From an uncultured Holophagales bacterium (GTDB lineage Bacteria; Acidobacteriota; Thermoanaerobaculia; Multivoradales; UBA5704), in the NCBI GenBank assembly GCA_963842525.1, contig CAWJGT010000003.1, positions 1,934,552-1,998,551 on the forward strand: 64,000 bases of DNA. Reading direction: 5' to 3'. How positions within the stretch are numbered: the first letter of the stretch is position 1; each line of letters opens with the position of its first letter. The notes under the pieces were generated by a model that was not told the DNA's origin, did not search any database, and was given only the letters and a program-made list of their open reading frames with translations. Shown here piece by piece: positions 37,096 to 47,468 of the stretch. The position numbers were made by a program, and so were the translations under genes.

Positions 37096-37430
37096 CATCG
37101 ATCCAGGGTCACCCGACAGACATCGCGAGTCGCCTGACAGGTGTGCAGAGTCGTCTCGATCCCTATCAGGTCACCTCCGATCGATCCAGGTCCTTGGATG
37201 AGCATCGCGCGCCACCTGACGGGCATCCAGGCGGTCTGGATCGATCGCGGCTCATCTCGGATGGATCCAGGGTTGCCTGGATCCATCGCGGTCACGCCGC
37301 AGGTATCGCGAGTTACCTGACAGGCATCCAGGGCTGCCTGGATCGATCGCAGGTCGCCTCGGATGGATCCAGGGTTGCCTGGATCGATCGCGGTCACGCG
37401 ATAGGCATACAGATCGCTCTGAATCGATCC
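37096..37430. repeat. Degenerate 20-21-bp tandem array, GATC-rich
   Basis: GGATGGATCCAGGGTTGCCTGGATC at 37259 and 37361 (offset 102); about 15 GATC sites. Confidence 0.8.
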
Positions 37431-37432
37431 CT

Positions 37433-38380
37433 TCAAACCCGCCGCAGCCGGAATGCCACGCCGTCCCAGAGGCGGAAGGGCTTCTCCCCCGCGGTCTCGA
37501 TCTCGAAGCCGGTAGCCGCTGCCAGGAAGTGGACCTCGGAGACGTCGGAGATGACGTCGTCCCGGTAGGAGAAGTTGAGGATCACGAAGTCACCGCTCGG
37601 CCGCAGCACCCGCGCCGCCTCGCGGAAGTGGGTCTCGGCCAGCTCCCTCCCGACGTTATGGATGTAGGGGAAGGAGTCCACGGCGAAGACGAGGTCGAAG
37701 CCCTGGTCGGGAAATTCGGCGAGGTCGCGTCCCGAGCCCACCGACAGGAAGACGTTGGGCAGCTCCGCACAGCGGCGGCGGGCGGCCTCGATCATCTTCG
37801 GCGAGATGTCGAGCCCGTGGGTCTCGGCCAGACGGGAGGCGAAGGCGATCTGGAAGCGGCCGATGCCGCAGCCGATCTCAAGGGCCCGCCGGTCGGCCCC
37901 GAGCAGGTCCCAACGCTCGAAGAGCTCGACGATCTCCCGTGTCCCTTTTTCGAGCAGCTTGGGGTTGCCGAGCGACCAGGCCGCCACGCTGGCCACCTCG
38001 CTGCGGGCGACCGCCCGGTCGAAGAAGCTGCGGCAGGTCTCGATTCCCTCCTCGTGCGAGGCGAAGCGCTGGTAGGGGTCCGGATGCTCGTTGAGCATCT
38101 CGGAGATCTGGTGGCACCCCCGGCGGTTCTGGCGCACCAGGCGGGTCATCTGCGCGAGCGCCTGCGGCAGAGGCGGCTCCCAGTCGCGCTCTACCGCGTC
38201 GAGGATCGCCTCGGTCTCTTCGGCGCTCCCCATAGCGAGGACCATCCGGGCGAGAGCGATCGACGGCGAGATCTTCCCCAGCAAACAGTCCTCGATCGCC
38301 CACCGCGCCTCCTGGGGGTCCACCGGGGCCAGACGGGATTGGATCTCGGCCTTGTAGATTCTGCGGGACTGGGTTTTCAA
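37433..38380 (-). CDS. Class I SAM-dependent methyltransferase
   Basis: ALEIGCGIGR, GLDISPKMI..AR, FDLVFAVDSF, RVLRPSG; start uncertain (TTG 38380 or earlier). Confidence 0.85.
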   Translation of the reverse strand: MKTQSRRIYKAEIQSRLAPVDPQEARWAIEDCLLGKISPSIALARMVLAMGSAEETEAILDAVERDWEPPLPQALAQMTRLVRQNRRGCHQISEMLNEHPDPYQRFASHEEGIETCRSFFDRAVARSEVASVAAWSLGNPKLLEKGTREIVELFERWDLLGADRRALEIGCGIGRFQIAFASRLAETHGLDISPKMIEAARRRCAELPNVFLSVGSGRDLAEFPDQGFDLVFAVDSFPYIHNVGRELAETHFREAARVLRPSGDFVILNFSYRDDVISDVSEVHFLAAATGFEIETAGEKPFRLWDGVAFRLRRV

Positions 38381-38435
38381 GACGGATGGGACTTTCGCGA
38401 ATTCGGGCTTCGACCTCGGGGTTATCCTACCCCGC

Positions 38436-39634
38436 ATGGACCCCCGCGCCACCGCCGAGATGCTGAAGTCGTGGGCCCTGGAGGCCGGGTTCGAACCGGG
38501 CCGGGGTGGCGGGGTTGGAGCCTTCTGTCAACGGGGAGGCGCTCCTGCGGTGGCTCGCCCGGGGGGAGCAGGCGGACATGGGATACCTGGAGCGCCGGAT
38601 CGAGGCACGGCTGGAGCCGGCGAAGGTCGTGCCGGGGACCCGGAGTGTCCTCTGCGTGGCTCTTCAATACTCACCTCTATCTAATAAGGATGGAGAGGAG
38701 GTGCCGGACCCCAAGGGAGACCTCTGGCCTCGGGTAGCCCGGTATGCCCGCGGGCGGGACTACCACGACGTGATGCAGGACCGGCTGAAGACCCTGGAGA
38801 CGCGAATCGCCGAAGCGTTCCCGGGGCTGGTCAGCCGCCGCTATGTGGATACCGGGCCGGTGCTCGAACGCGAGCTCGCGGCGCGGGCCGGGCTCGGGGT
38901 GCCGGGGAAGAACACGAACCTGCTGCATCCCGAAGCGGGGTCGTGGTTCCTGCTCGGCGAGCTGTTCCTGTCGCTCGACCTCGCGCCGGATGTCCCACTG
39001 GCCGACCTCTGCGGGAGCTGCACGCGCTGTCTCGAAGCCTGCCCGACCGGGGCGCTTCCCGAGCCGTGGCGCCTGGACAGCAACCGCTGCATCAGCTATT
39101 GGACGATCGAGCATCGCGGGGCTCTCCCCCCGGAGGCCCGGGAGATGGTGGGGGACTGGGTTTTCGGCTGCGACATCTGCCAGGAGGTCTGCCCGTGGAA
39201 CACGGCGCCGCAGGGGAGCTCATCACCCCGAGTTGGAGCTACCGGATGAGCGAAGCGAGCTCGATCTGGCCGGACTGCTGCGCCTGGGCCGGGAGGAGTA
39301 CGTCGAACGGTTCCGCGGCAGCCCCATGAAGCGCGCCAAGCTGGAGGGCCTCCAGCGGAACGCCGCCGTCGCCATGGGCAACCGCCGTCACCCCCGCTAC
39401 ATCGCACCCCTCGCCGCCGCCCTGGCCGAAGGGGAGCCCCTCGTCCGCGCTCATGCAGCGTGGGCTCTGGGGAGGATCGGTGAAGGCGCGGCATGGCAGA
39501 TCCTCGAAGAGGCGCGGACAAGGGAGACGGACGAAGCCGTCCGGGTCGAGATCGCGGCCGCTCTGACCGGGGCTTGCAAATCGCTCAGAGCTCCGGATAT
39601 GATGAAAACACATATTTCGGAGGAGAAAGCATGA
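38436..39634 (+). CDS. queG: Epoxyqueuosine reductase (two frameshifts, near 38495 and 39215)
   Basis: VARYARGRDYH, VDTGPVLERELA..AGLG..GKN, CGSCTRCLEACPTGA, CISYWTIE, FGCDICQEVCPWN, RNAAVAMGN, VRAHAAWALG. Confidence 0.93.
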
Positions 39635-40878
39635 GACAGAAGATCGCTGCTCTCGTCGCCGTCCTGATCCTGATTCCGCTGCTGTCCGTTCCGGCCTGGA
39701 GCGAGACAAGTCCGGTCGGGGCCGAATTTCGCGTCAACCGCAGTACCGACGCCCAGCACCACAACTCCGTCGCCGCTTTCAACGCGGCCGGCACGCGGGC
39801 CGTGGTGGTATGGGATAACGACAAGACCGGGCTGCGCGCCCGCTTCGTCGGCCGTAACGGTGCGCCGCTCTCCGATGAGCTCGGCCTGGTCGCCAATCAG
39901 GTCATCCCCGGCCTGCCGTTCCGCGGGGAGGTGACAGTCCGCAAGCAGGCCACGGTCGGCTACGTGCCGACGGGTGACTTCCTGCTCGCCTGGACCGAGG
40001 AGCGCGCTTTCCTGAGCACCGACATCTTTTTCGAAAGCCGCAGGGTGCTCGACCGCGATGTCTTTGTCCAGCGGTTCACCGCCGCCGGCGCGCCGGTCGG
40101 TACGGCCACGCGGGTCAACGCCACGACCGCCGGCCTCCAGAGCGCGCCGAAGCTGCTGGTCCGCAAGGGTGGGGCCGTGGTGGTCTGGGAAGGTCCGGAT
40201 GGCATCTTCGGACGCCTGATCTCCCTCGCCGGCGCTCCGTCGGGTGCGGAGTTCCGGGTGAAGCCGGATGCGGGTGCCGCTTCGGGCGCTGCCATTGCCG
40301 GCGACGGCAACCGGTTCGCCGTGGTCTGGGAGGCTGCTGACGGCGGCACCCAGGGGGTCTTCGCCCGCCTGTTCGACGCCGCCGCGCGGCCGGTCGGCGG
40401 CGAGATCCGGATCAACAACCAGGTCCCCGGCCTGCAGCGGCGGGCGGGGATCACCGCGGACGGCGACGGCGGCTGGCTGGTGGTCTGGCAGGGACAGGTC
40501 GGCCCGCGCACGGACGCGCGCATCTTCGGCCAGTTCCTCGGCGAGGCCGGCAATCACGTCGGCCCCAACTTCCGGGTGAGCGGCGATCAGGCCAAGATCA
40601 GGATCGCGCCGTCGGCGGCGCGTCTCCCGGGTGGCGGCTTCCTGGTGGTCTGGATGGACTGGGACAAGGTCTTTCCCCTGTGGCTCACCGGCGCCACCCT
40701 CGACCGCCTGGGCAACGTGACCGCGGAGGAGCTCGCGATCAACGACCTGCAGATCGACGCGCACCACCGCACCTCTCTCGCGACCAGCGCGGCCGGCGAC
40801 GTCCTGGTCTCCTGGGAGGGCTACGCGCCCGGACAGCAGAGGTCGGGCATCCAGGCGCGCATCTTCCGCGCCGAGTAG
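39631..40878 (+). CDS. Secreted protein with EFRVN/VVW repeats
   Basis: Signal peptide; repeated G.EFRVN......Q...A...G.F.VVW......I.AR.F modules; RBS GGAGG. Confidence 0.8.
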   Translation: MRQKIAALVAVLILIPLLSVPAWSETSPVGAEFRVNRSTDAQHHNSVAAFNAAGTRAVVVWDNDKTGLRARFVGRNGAPLSDELGLVANQVIPGLPFRGEVTVRKQATVGYVPTGDFLLAWTEERAFLSTDIFFESRRVLDRDVFVQRFTAAGAPVGTATRVNATTAGLQSAPKLLVRKGGAVVVWEGPDGIFGRLISLAGAPSGAEFRVKPDAGAASGAAIAGDGNRFAVVWEAADGGTQGVFARLFDAAARPVGGEIRINNQVPGLQRRAGITADGDGGWLVVWQGQVGPRTDARIFGQFLGEAGNHVGPNFRVSGDQAKIRIAPSAARLPGGGFLVVWMDWDKVFPLWLTGATLDRLGNVTAEELAINDLQIDAHHRTSLATSAAGDVLVSWEGYAPGQQRSGIQARIFRAE

Positions 40879-40947
40879 GCCCGAGTGGTCCCATCCCCCT
40901 CTCCCAAGGCCCTTCGCCGGGCCGCGGAGAGGGGGGTGGATCTTGGA

Positions 40948-40977
40948 TTGACACCCAGCCCGCCGTCCCCCTATACT
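40948..40977 (+). promoter_or_regulatory. Sigma70 promoter of rpsA
   Basis: TTGACA-18 bp-TATACT. Confidence 0.7.
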
Positions 40978-41083
40978 CGAAGACCCGAGTTCTCAAGGAC
41001 TTATGCAGAGCTCGAACCCCTCACGCCCGTGGGGAGCACAGGCCCGAGTGCCTGAATCCATGCCCAAGGAGGTACGATTTTTT

Positions 41084-42826
41084 ATGCCGGCGACTGAGCA
41101 ACGGAACCTGCCGACGATGACGGCGGAGCTCGACGACGAGGAGCAGAAGAGTCAAGAGGACTATCAGAAGCTCCTCGAGCTGTACGACGAGAGCATGCGC
41201 AATCTCACCGAGGGTGAGATCGTGCCGGGACGGATCATCGGGGTCACGTCCAATTCCGTCATTGTCGACGTGGGTTACAAGTCGGAGGGGCTCATCCCCG
41301 TCGACGAATTCAGGGACCGCGACGGCAATGTCCAGGTCCATGAGGGGGACGAGATCGACGTCCTCCTGGAGAAGACCGAGGATCTCGAGGGGCATGTGCT
41401 CCTCTCCTACACCAAGGCCCAGCGCCTGCGCCGCTGGACCGAGGTGGAGAAAGCCTACAAGGACGGCCGGATCATCAAGGGCCGCGTCACCGACCGGATC
41501 AAGGGCGGCCTCACCGTCGACGTCGGGCTGCGGGCTTTCCTGCCCGGCTCGCTCGTCGACATCAAGCCGGTCAAGAACCTGGAGTCGCTGCGCGGCCAGG
41601 AGCTGGAGTTCAAGGTCATCAGCCTCGACCGCCGGCGCAACAACATCGTCCTGTCGCGTAAGGCCGTGCTCGAGACCGAGCTGGCCCGCAAGAAGGAGGA
41701 GACCCTCAAGCGGCTGGAGGAGGGTGCCCGCCTCAAGGGGATCGTCAAGAACATCACCGACTATGGTGTGTTCATCGACCTCGGCGGCATCGACGGTCTG
41801 CTCCACATCACCGACATCTCCTGGGGCCGCGTCAGCCACCCCTCGGAGCACTTCACGGTCGGCGACGAGGTCGAGGTGGCCGTGCTCAAGTTCGACCCCG
41901 AAACCGAGCGCGTCTCGCTCGGCTACAAGCAGAAGAGCGACGATCCCTGGACTCTGGTCGACAAGAAGTACCCGATCGGCTCGCGCGTCCATGGCCGGGT
42001 GGTCTCCCTGGTCGACTACGGCGCCTTCGTCGAGATCGAGGAAGGGGTCGAGGGCCTGATCCACGTCAGCGAGATGTCCTGGACCAAGAAGGTCGTCAAC
42101 CCGGCCAAGGTGCTCGAGGTGGGCGACGAGGTCGAGGCCATCGTCTCCGAGCTGGACATGGACCAGCGCCGCATCAGCCTGTCGCTGCGGCAGACCGAGC
42201 GCAACCCCTGGGAAGAGCTGCAGGACACCCATCCCGTGGGCAGCATCATCGAGGGCAAGGTCCGCAACCTGACCGAGTTTGGCGCTTTCGTCGAGATCAC
42301 CGACGGGATCGACGGCCTCATCCACGTCTCCGACATGAGCTGGACCAAGCGGGTGAAGCACCCGAGCGAGGTCCTGAAGAAGGGAGACACGGTGCGGGCC
42401 CGCATCACCAACATCGATGTCGAGAACCAGCGCGTGTCGCTCTCGATCAAGGAGTTCATGCCCAACGAGTGGCTGGACTTCGCCGACCAGCACCGGCCCG
42501 GGAACGAGCTCACCGGCCGCGTGGTCAACGTGACCGACTTCGGCCTGTTCGTCGACATCTACAACGGGCTCGAAGGCCTTGCCCACGTCAGCGAGATCGA
42601 GGTGCCGCAGGGCGCCAAGCTCGACGACTATTACAAAGTGGGCGACTGGGTGCGGTGCCGCATCCTGCGCATCGAGGAGGACGAGAAGAAGGTCGGCCTC
42701 TCGATGCGCGGCGTATCCCAGCCCTCTGAGGAGGAGATCGCGGAGCTCGAGGCCGTGGCCCCGGAAGAAGGACAGGGCGGGCGGCATGACGACAAGCAGG
42801 AGGACAGCGGAGAAGAAGAAGCATAG
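41084..42826 (+). CDS. rpsA: 30S ribosomal protein S1
   Basis: Six S1 repeats (VDVGYKSEG, AFLPGS, YGVFIDLGGIDGLLHITD, EGLIHVSEMSW); RBS AAGGAGGT before ATG 41084. Confidence 0.97.
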   Translation: MPATEQRNLPTMTAELDDEEQKSQEDYQKLLELYDESMRNLTEGEIVPGRIIGVTSNSVIVDVGYKSEGLIPVDEFRDRDGNVQVHEGDEIDVLLEKTEDLEGHVLLSYTKAQRLRRWTEVEKAYKDGRIIKGRVTDRIKGGLTVDVGLRAFLPGSLVDIKPVKNLESLRGQELEFKVISLDRRRNNIVLSRKAVLETELARKKEETLKRLEEGARLKGIVKNITDYGVFIDLGGIDGLLHITDISWGRVSHPSEHFTVGDEVEVAVLKFDPETERVSLGYKQKSDDPWTLVDKKYPIGSRVHGRVVSLVDYGAFVEIEEGVEGLIHVSEMSWTKKVVNPAKVLEVGDEVEAIVSELDMDQRRISLSLRQTERNPWEELQDTHPVGSIIEGKVRNLTEFGAFVEITDGIDGLIHVSDMSWTKRVKHPSEVLKKGDTVRARITNIDVENQRVSLSIKEFMPNEWLDFADQHRPGNELTGRVVNVTDFGLFVDIYNGLEGLAHVSEIEVPQGAKLDDYYKVGDWVRCRILRIEEDEKKVGLSMRGVSQPSEEEIAELEAVAPEEGQGGRHDDKQEDSGEEEA

Positions 42827-42949
42827 GCAACGGCCGTTGACCATCAGGGCGGGCCACGGGCCGGGCTCCAAGACCGTGCCGGCGGCCCGCCTCCGCCATG
42901 GAGAAAGGGTCGGGAGATGACGGTGTCTGTGAAGGGCGATACGCCGGGC

Positions 42950-43231
42950 ATGACGAAGGCCGAGCTGGTGGAGGAGGTTGCCCGCACCACCCAGCTCACC
43001 AAGAAACACGCGGAGATCATCGTCAATACGGTCTTCGACAGCATCGTGAGCTCGCTCAAAGACGGCGAGAAGATCGAGCTGCGGGGATTCGGCAGCTTTC
43101 GCATACGCCATCGAGGCGCCCGTACCGGGCGCAACCCCAAGACCGGCGACAAGGTCAAGGTTCCGCCCAAGCGGATCCCCTACTTCAAGCCGGGCAAGGA
43201 GCTGAGGGAGCTTCTCAACGACGAGTGCTGA
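42950..43231 (+). CDS. ihfB: Integration host factor beta / HU family
   Basis: MTKAELVEEV, IELRGFGSF, GRNPKTG, PYFKPGKELRE; follows rpsA; alternative ATG at 42917. Confidence 0.9.
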   Translation: MTKAELVEEVARTTQLTKKHAEIIVNTVFDSIVSSLKDGEKIELRGFGSFRIRHRGARTGRNPKTGDKVKVPPKRIPYFKPGKELRELLNDEC

Positions 43232-43274
43232 GCGGGGGCCTCCCCCGCTCGCTCTCCATGTCCGACGGCCTCGG

Positions 43275-43767
43275 ATGGAAGTCCTCTTTACCCCCTGGAG
43301 GCATGCGTACATCGTTCGGAGCGCGCAGGATTCCGACTGTTTCTTCTGTTCCGCCGCCCGCGAGCCGGAGGATCCGGACCGGCTGGTGGTCCATGTGGCG
43401 CGCCACCACCTGATCATGCTGAACCTCCACCCCTATTCGAGCGGCCATCTGATGGTGGCGCCGCTGGAGCACTGGAGCTCGCCGCAGGAGAGCAGCGCCG
43501 AGGCCCTGGCCGAGTTCTGGCCGCTGGTGCTCAAGACCCAGCAGGTGCTCGCCGAGACTTACCGCCCCGACGGGTTCAACCTGGGGATGAACCTCGGGCG
43601 TTCGGCGGGTGCGGGAGTGCCGGGGCATTTCCACTTCCACCTGGTCCCACGGTGGGCCGGGGACACGAACTTCATGACCGTTCTCGCCGACGTGCGCCTC
43701 GCCTCCGAGGGCCTGCAACAGACGCGCGAACGCCTGCGGGAAGCTCTTCGCCCGCGAGGAGGACTGA
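43275..43767 (+). CDS. HIT family hydrolase (1-nt indel near 43746)
   Basis: TPWR..Y, CFFC, LNLHPYSSGHLMV, PDGFNLGMNLG..AGAG...HFHFHLVPRW.GD.NF; natural TGA at 43765-43767 is one base out of frame. Confidence 0.9.
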
Positions 43768-44190
43768 TTGGTCGAACCCGCCAGCCCCCCTTCCGCTCCG
43801 CCTCCCGCCGCTCCGGCCGCCCCCGCCGGCAACTCGATCCTGGCGGCGATCCTGGCGTGGCTGATCCCCGGCTTGGGGCACATCTATCTGAAGAGGTGGA
43901 AGCGCGGGCTGGCGTTCTTCCTCCTGGTCATGGTTTCCATCGTCACGGGTTGCGCTCTGGACGGGAACCTCTACCGGATCCTTCCCAACCAGCCGTTGAC
44001 GATCCTCGCCACGGCCGGCGCCATGGGCATGGGCCTTCCTTATATCGTGCTCCGCTGGGGCCTGGGCTATACCGGCGATATCCTCTCGCCCGGTTTCGAG
44101 TACGGCACCGCTTTCCTGTTGACGGCGGGGCTGATGAACTGGCTTCTCGTGCTCGACGCGTGGGACGTCGCCCGCGGCAAGAAGGAGTGA
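43768..44190 (+). CDS. Small membrane protein (DUF6677-like)
   Basis: LAWLIPGLGH.YL....RG, EYGT.FLL.AGLMN.L..LDA.D; TTG start. Confidence 0.75.
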   Translation: MVEPASPPSAPPPAAPAAPAGNSILAAILAWLIPGLGHIYLKRWKRGLAFFLLVMVSIVTGCALDGNLYRILPNQPLTILATAGAMGMGLPYIVLRWGLGYTGDILSPGFEYGTAFLLTAGLMNWLLVLDAWDVARGKKE

Positions 44191-44198
44191 ACCCGCCC

Positions 44199-44402
44199 AT
44201 GTCAAGTCGACTCAGCCACTTCTTCCTGATGGTGCTCTACGCCCTGATCGTGAGCCTGTTCTTCACGCTGCTGTGGCGTCGCGAGCGCAAGGAGCAGGTC
44301 AAGCTCTTCCTGCAGCTCTTCCTCGGCATGGTCGGCGGCGGCCTGCTGGTCGCCTATCTCATGTATCCGTTCCCACAGGGGCCGCCAGCACCCATTCCGT
44401 AG
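44199..44402 (+). CDS. Small two-TM protein
   Basis: SHFFLMVLYALIVSLFF...WRR...F...V..G...AYLMYPFP; fills the gap before lpxB. Confidence 0.7.
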   Translation: MSSRLSHFFLMVLYALIVSLFFTLLWRRERKEQVKLFLQLFLGMVGGGLLVAYLMYPFPQGPPAPIP

Positions 44403-44406
44403 GGAG

Positions 44407-45552
44407 ATGAAGCCTCCGAACAGAGAGATCCTGGTCGTCGCCGGCGAGGCCTCGGGAGATCTCCATGCCGCGCGGCTGGTGAGCGAGCTGCGCCGCCTGG
44501 AGCCCGACCTGGGCTTCTTCGGGCTCGGCGGCGATGAGATGAGCGCCGCCGGCGTCGAAACCCTGGCGCACAGCGCGGAGATCTCGGTGGTCGGCATCAC
44601 CGAGGTGCTGCGCATCCTCTCGCGGGCACGGCAGATCTTCGCCGACCTGCTGCGCGAGGTGGACCGCCGCCGGCCGGCCGCGGCTGTTTTGGTCGACTTC
44701 CCGGACTTCAATCTCCGCCTGGCCCGCGAGCTCAAGAAACGCGGCGTGGCGGTCCTCTACTACATCAGCCCGCAGGTCTGGGCCTGGCGGCGCGGCCGGA
44801 TCAAGGCCATCGCCCGGCTCGTGGACCGCATGCTCGTGCTCTTCCCGTTCGAGGTCGACTTCTACCGCCGCCACGGGGTCGACGTGGTCCACGTGGGGCA
44901 TCCCCTGGTGGACGAGGTCCCGGTGCTGCCGAGCGCCTGGGAACGGGGGGAGCCTGTGGAAGAGCCGTATCGGCTGACCCTCCTCCCCGGCTCGCGGGTC
45001 AGCGAGGTCGAGGCGCTGCTACCGGTGATGCTCGACGCGGTGCGGCAGCTCGCCGCGGAGCTGCCCATCGAGGTGTGGCTCATCAAGGCCCCGACCATCC
45101 CTCGGGAGCTGTTGGAAGAGGCGATCGATCTGGCGGGCCTGCCGGTGCGCATCGTCTCCGAGGACCGTTTCGCCGCGGTCGCCGATTCCCACCTGGCTCT
45201 CTGCGCCTCCGGCACGGCGACCCTGGAGGTGGGCCTGCTGGGCACGCCCATCGTCATGCTCTACCGGCTGGGCCGCTGGACCTGGCTCCTGGCCCGGCTG
45301 CTGGTGCGCCTCCCGTACGTCAGCCTGGTCAACCTGGTGCTCGGCCGGCGGGTCATCCCCGAGCTGCTCCAGCGCGCCGCGCACCCGGAGCGGATCGCGG
45401 CCGAGGCCGAGTGGATCCTTCTCGACGAGCAGCGCCGGGATGCGATGCGGGCCGGCCTCGCCGAGCTGCGCGGCCGGCTGGGGGAGGGCGGGGCGAGCCG
45501 GCGGGCGGCGCACGAGGTCGCGGCGGTCCTCCGCGCGAGGCCGGCGGCATGA
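44407..45552 (+). CDS. lpxB: Lipid-A-disaccharide synthase
   Basis: VAGEASGDLH, VDFPDFN, YYISPQVWAWR..R, LFPFE, VGHPL, LLPGSR..E, ASGTATLE. Confidence 0.96.
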   Translation: MKPPNREILVVAGEASGDLHAARLVSELRRLEPDLGFFGLGGDEMSAAGVETLAHSAEISVVGITEVLRILSRARQIFADLLREVDRRRPAAAVLVDFPDFNLRLARELKKRGVAVLYYISPQVWAWRRGRIKAIARLVDRMLVLFPFEVDFYRRHGVDVVHVGHPLVDEVPVLPSAWERGEPVEEPYRLTLLPGSRVSEVEALLPVMLDAVRQLAAELPIEVWLIKAPTIPRELLEEAIDLAGLPVRIVSEDRFAAVADSHLALCASGTATLEVGLLGTPIVMLYRLGRWTWLLARLLVRLPYVSLVNLVLGRRVIPELLQRAAHPERIAAEAEWILLDEQRRDAMRAGLAELRGRLGEGGASRRAAHEVAAVLRARPAA

Positions 45553-47468
45553 CCGGCGGCACGAGCCTGCGCGCCTTTTTCTGGCGCTACCTGCGGCGCT
45601 ACACCGTCTGGGCGCTGGTCGCCGCCGCCGGCATCCTGGTCTATGCCGCGGCCACGGCGGGCGCGGTCGCCCTGATCAAGCCGATCTTCGGGGAGGTCCT
45701 GCTGGCCGGAGACCACATGCCCGGGCCGCTGGGAGGGATCGCCGCGAAGCCCGCGGTATCTGCGGCATCCGCGACGTCCGCAGAAGGCCGGGAGCCGGAC
45801 AAGCCTCCGGGCGCCCTCGCCGATCTCAAGCGGCGCCTCGACGTGGCGTCGCAGATCGACCGCAGCTACCAGTCGCTCAAGCGCCGGCTGGGTGTCGGAC
45901 CGAACGAGGTCGTCTACTTCGTGCCCCTGCTCTTCGTCCTCGTCTTCCTGCTGCGCTGTCTCGCCGACTTCGTCTCCGGCTACGCCTTTCAGCACATCGG
46001 CCTGGGGGTGACGACCGACATCCGCAACGACCTCTACTCGCATATCCTCGGCCAGTCGAGCCGCTTCCACGCCGACCACCCGTCGGGCGAGCTGGTGGCG
46101 CGCGTCATCAACGACGTGGCGCTGATGCAGAACGCCGTCTCCAACCGCCTGCTCGACTTGTTCCAGCAATCGGTGACCCTGGTCGTCCTGCTCGGGCTCC
46201 TGCTGTCCACCCATTTCCGGCTGGCGGCGGTCGCGCTGATCGTGGCGCCGGTGCTGGTCTATCCCATCGTTCGCTTCGGCAAGGGGATGCGCCGCACCAG
46301 CCACCGCAGCCAGGAGCGGATGTCCGACTTGGCGAGCCTGATGGCCGAGGGGATCCGCGGCCATCGGGTGGTCAAGGCCTTCGGCATGGAGGGATTCGAA
46401 TTCGGCCGCTTCCGCGAGGCCACGCGGCGCCATCTGCGGGTGAACCTCTGGGCGCAGATGCTCGCGCACGCCTCCGGCCCGGTCATCGAGGCGCTGGCGG
46501 TGCTCGGCGGCGCCGGGCTGTTGATCTACGCCGGCAAGAGCATCCGGTCCGGGAGCCTCTCGGCGCCGGAGCTGATCCAGTTCCTGACCACCCTGCTGAT
46601 GATGTACGACCCGATCCGCAAGCTGAACAAGGTCAACCTCATCCTGCAGGAGGCCATGGCCGCGGGCCAGCGGGTGTCGCGGCTGATCGCGACGCCCAAC
46701 GACATCCAGGAGCGGCCCGGCGCGCGGACGATCGACACGGTGCGGGAGGAGATCGCCTACGAGCGCGTCTCCTTCGCCTACGAGGACCGGCCCGTCCTGC
46801 GCAATCTTGACCTCCGGATCCGGGCCGGCGAGATCGTCGCCCTGGTCGGACCCTCGGGCGCCGGCAAGTCGACGCTGGTCAACCTCCTGCCGCGCTTCTT
46901 CGACCCGGACGCCGGCCGGCTCACCATCGACGGGACCGACAGCCGGGACCTGACGATCGTGAGCCTGCGGTCGCTCATCGGCATCGTCACGCAGGACACC
47001 GTGCTGTTCAACGACACGATCCGCAACAACATCGCCTACGGCCGCTCGGACCTGCCGCTCGAACGGGTGCGGGAGGCGGCCGCGGCGGCCTATGCGGACG
47101 AGTTCATCATGCAGCTCCCCCGCGGTTACGAGACGGTGATCGGCGAGTCCGGGGTGCGCCTGTCCGGCGGCCAGCGGCAGCGGCTGGCGATCGCCCGCGC
47201 GCTGTTCAAGAACGCGCCGATCCTGATCCTCGACGAGGCCACCTCGCACCTGGACAGCCAGTCCGAGGCGCTCGTCCAGAAGGCCCTCTACAACCTGATG
47301 CAGGGGCGCACGACGCTGGTCATCGCCCACCGCCTGTCGACGATCACGCGGGCGGACCGCATCATCGTGTTGGAGGCGGGCCGGATCGTCGAAGCAGGAT
47401 CGCACCAGGACCTCATCGCGCTCGGCGGGTCGTACAAACGCCTCTACGATCTCCAGTTCCGGGTATGA
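45549..47468 (+). CDS. msbA: Lipid A ABC exporter
   Basis: TM domain plus GPSGAGKST, LSGGQRQR, ILDEATS, IAHRLST; follows lpxB. Confidence 0.88.
   Translation: MTGGTSLRAFFWRYLRRYTVWALVAAAGILVYAAATAGAVALIKPIFGEVLLAGDHMPGPLGGIAAKPAVSAASATSAEGREPDKPPGALADLKRRLDVASQIDRSYQSLKRRLGVGPNEVVYFVPLLFVLVFLLRCLADFVSGYAFQHIGLGVTTDIRNDLYSHILGQSSRFHADHPSGELVARVINDVALMQNAVSNRLLDLFQQSVTLVVLLGLLLSTHFRLAAVALIVAPVLVYPIVRFGKGMRRTSHRSQERMSDLASLMAEGIRGHRVVKAFGMEGFEFGRFREATRRHLRVNLWAQMLAHASGPVIEALAVLGGAGLLIYAGKSIRSGSLSAPELIQFLTTLLMMYDPIRKLNKVNLILQEAMAAGQRVSRLIATPNDIQERPGARTIDTVREEIAYERVSFAYEDRPVLRNLDLRIRAGEIVALVGPSGAGKSTLVNLLPRFFDPDAGRLTIDGTDSRDLTIVSLRSLIGIVTQDTVLFNDTIRNNIAYGRSDLPLERVREAAAAAYADEFIMQLPRGYETVIGESGVRLSGGQRQRLAIARALFKNAPILILDEATSHLDSQSEALVQKALYNLMQGRTTLVIAHRLSTITRADRIIVLEAGRIVEAGSHQDLIALGGSYKRLYDLQFRV

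Noticed and set aside
36500-37430. Retron msr-msd next to the PtuAB-like genes
   Set aside because: No reverse transcriptase in the window and no a1/a2 inverted repeats with a branching G recognised.
37005-37568. ORFs across the GATC-rich array
   Set aside because: Mixed 20/21-bp units, non-host codon usage and overlap with the methyltransferase 3' end.
43275-44402. 375-aa HIT-membrane fusion ORF
   Set aside because: Better explained as three genes joined by a 1-nt indel that skips the HIT stop.
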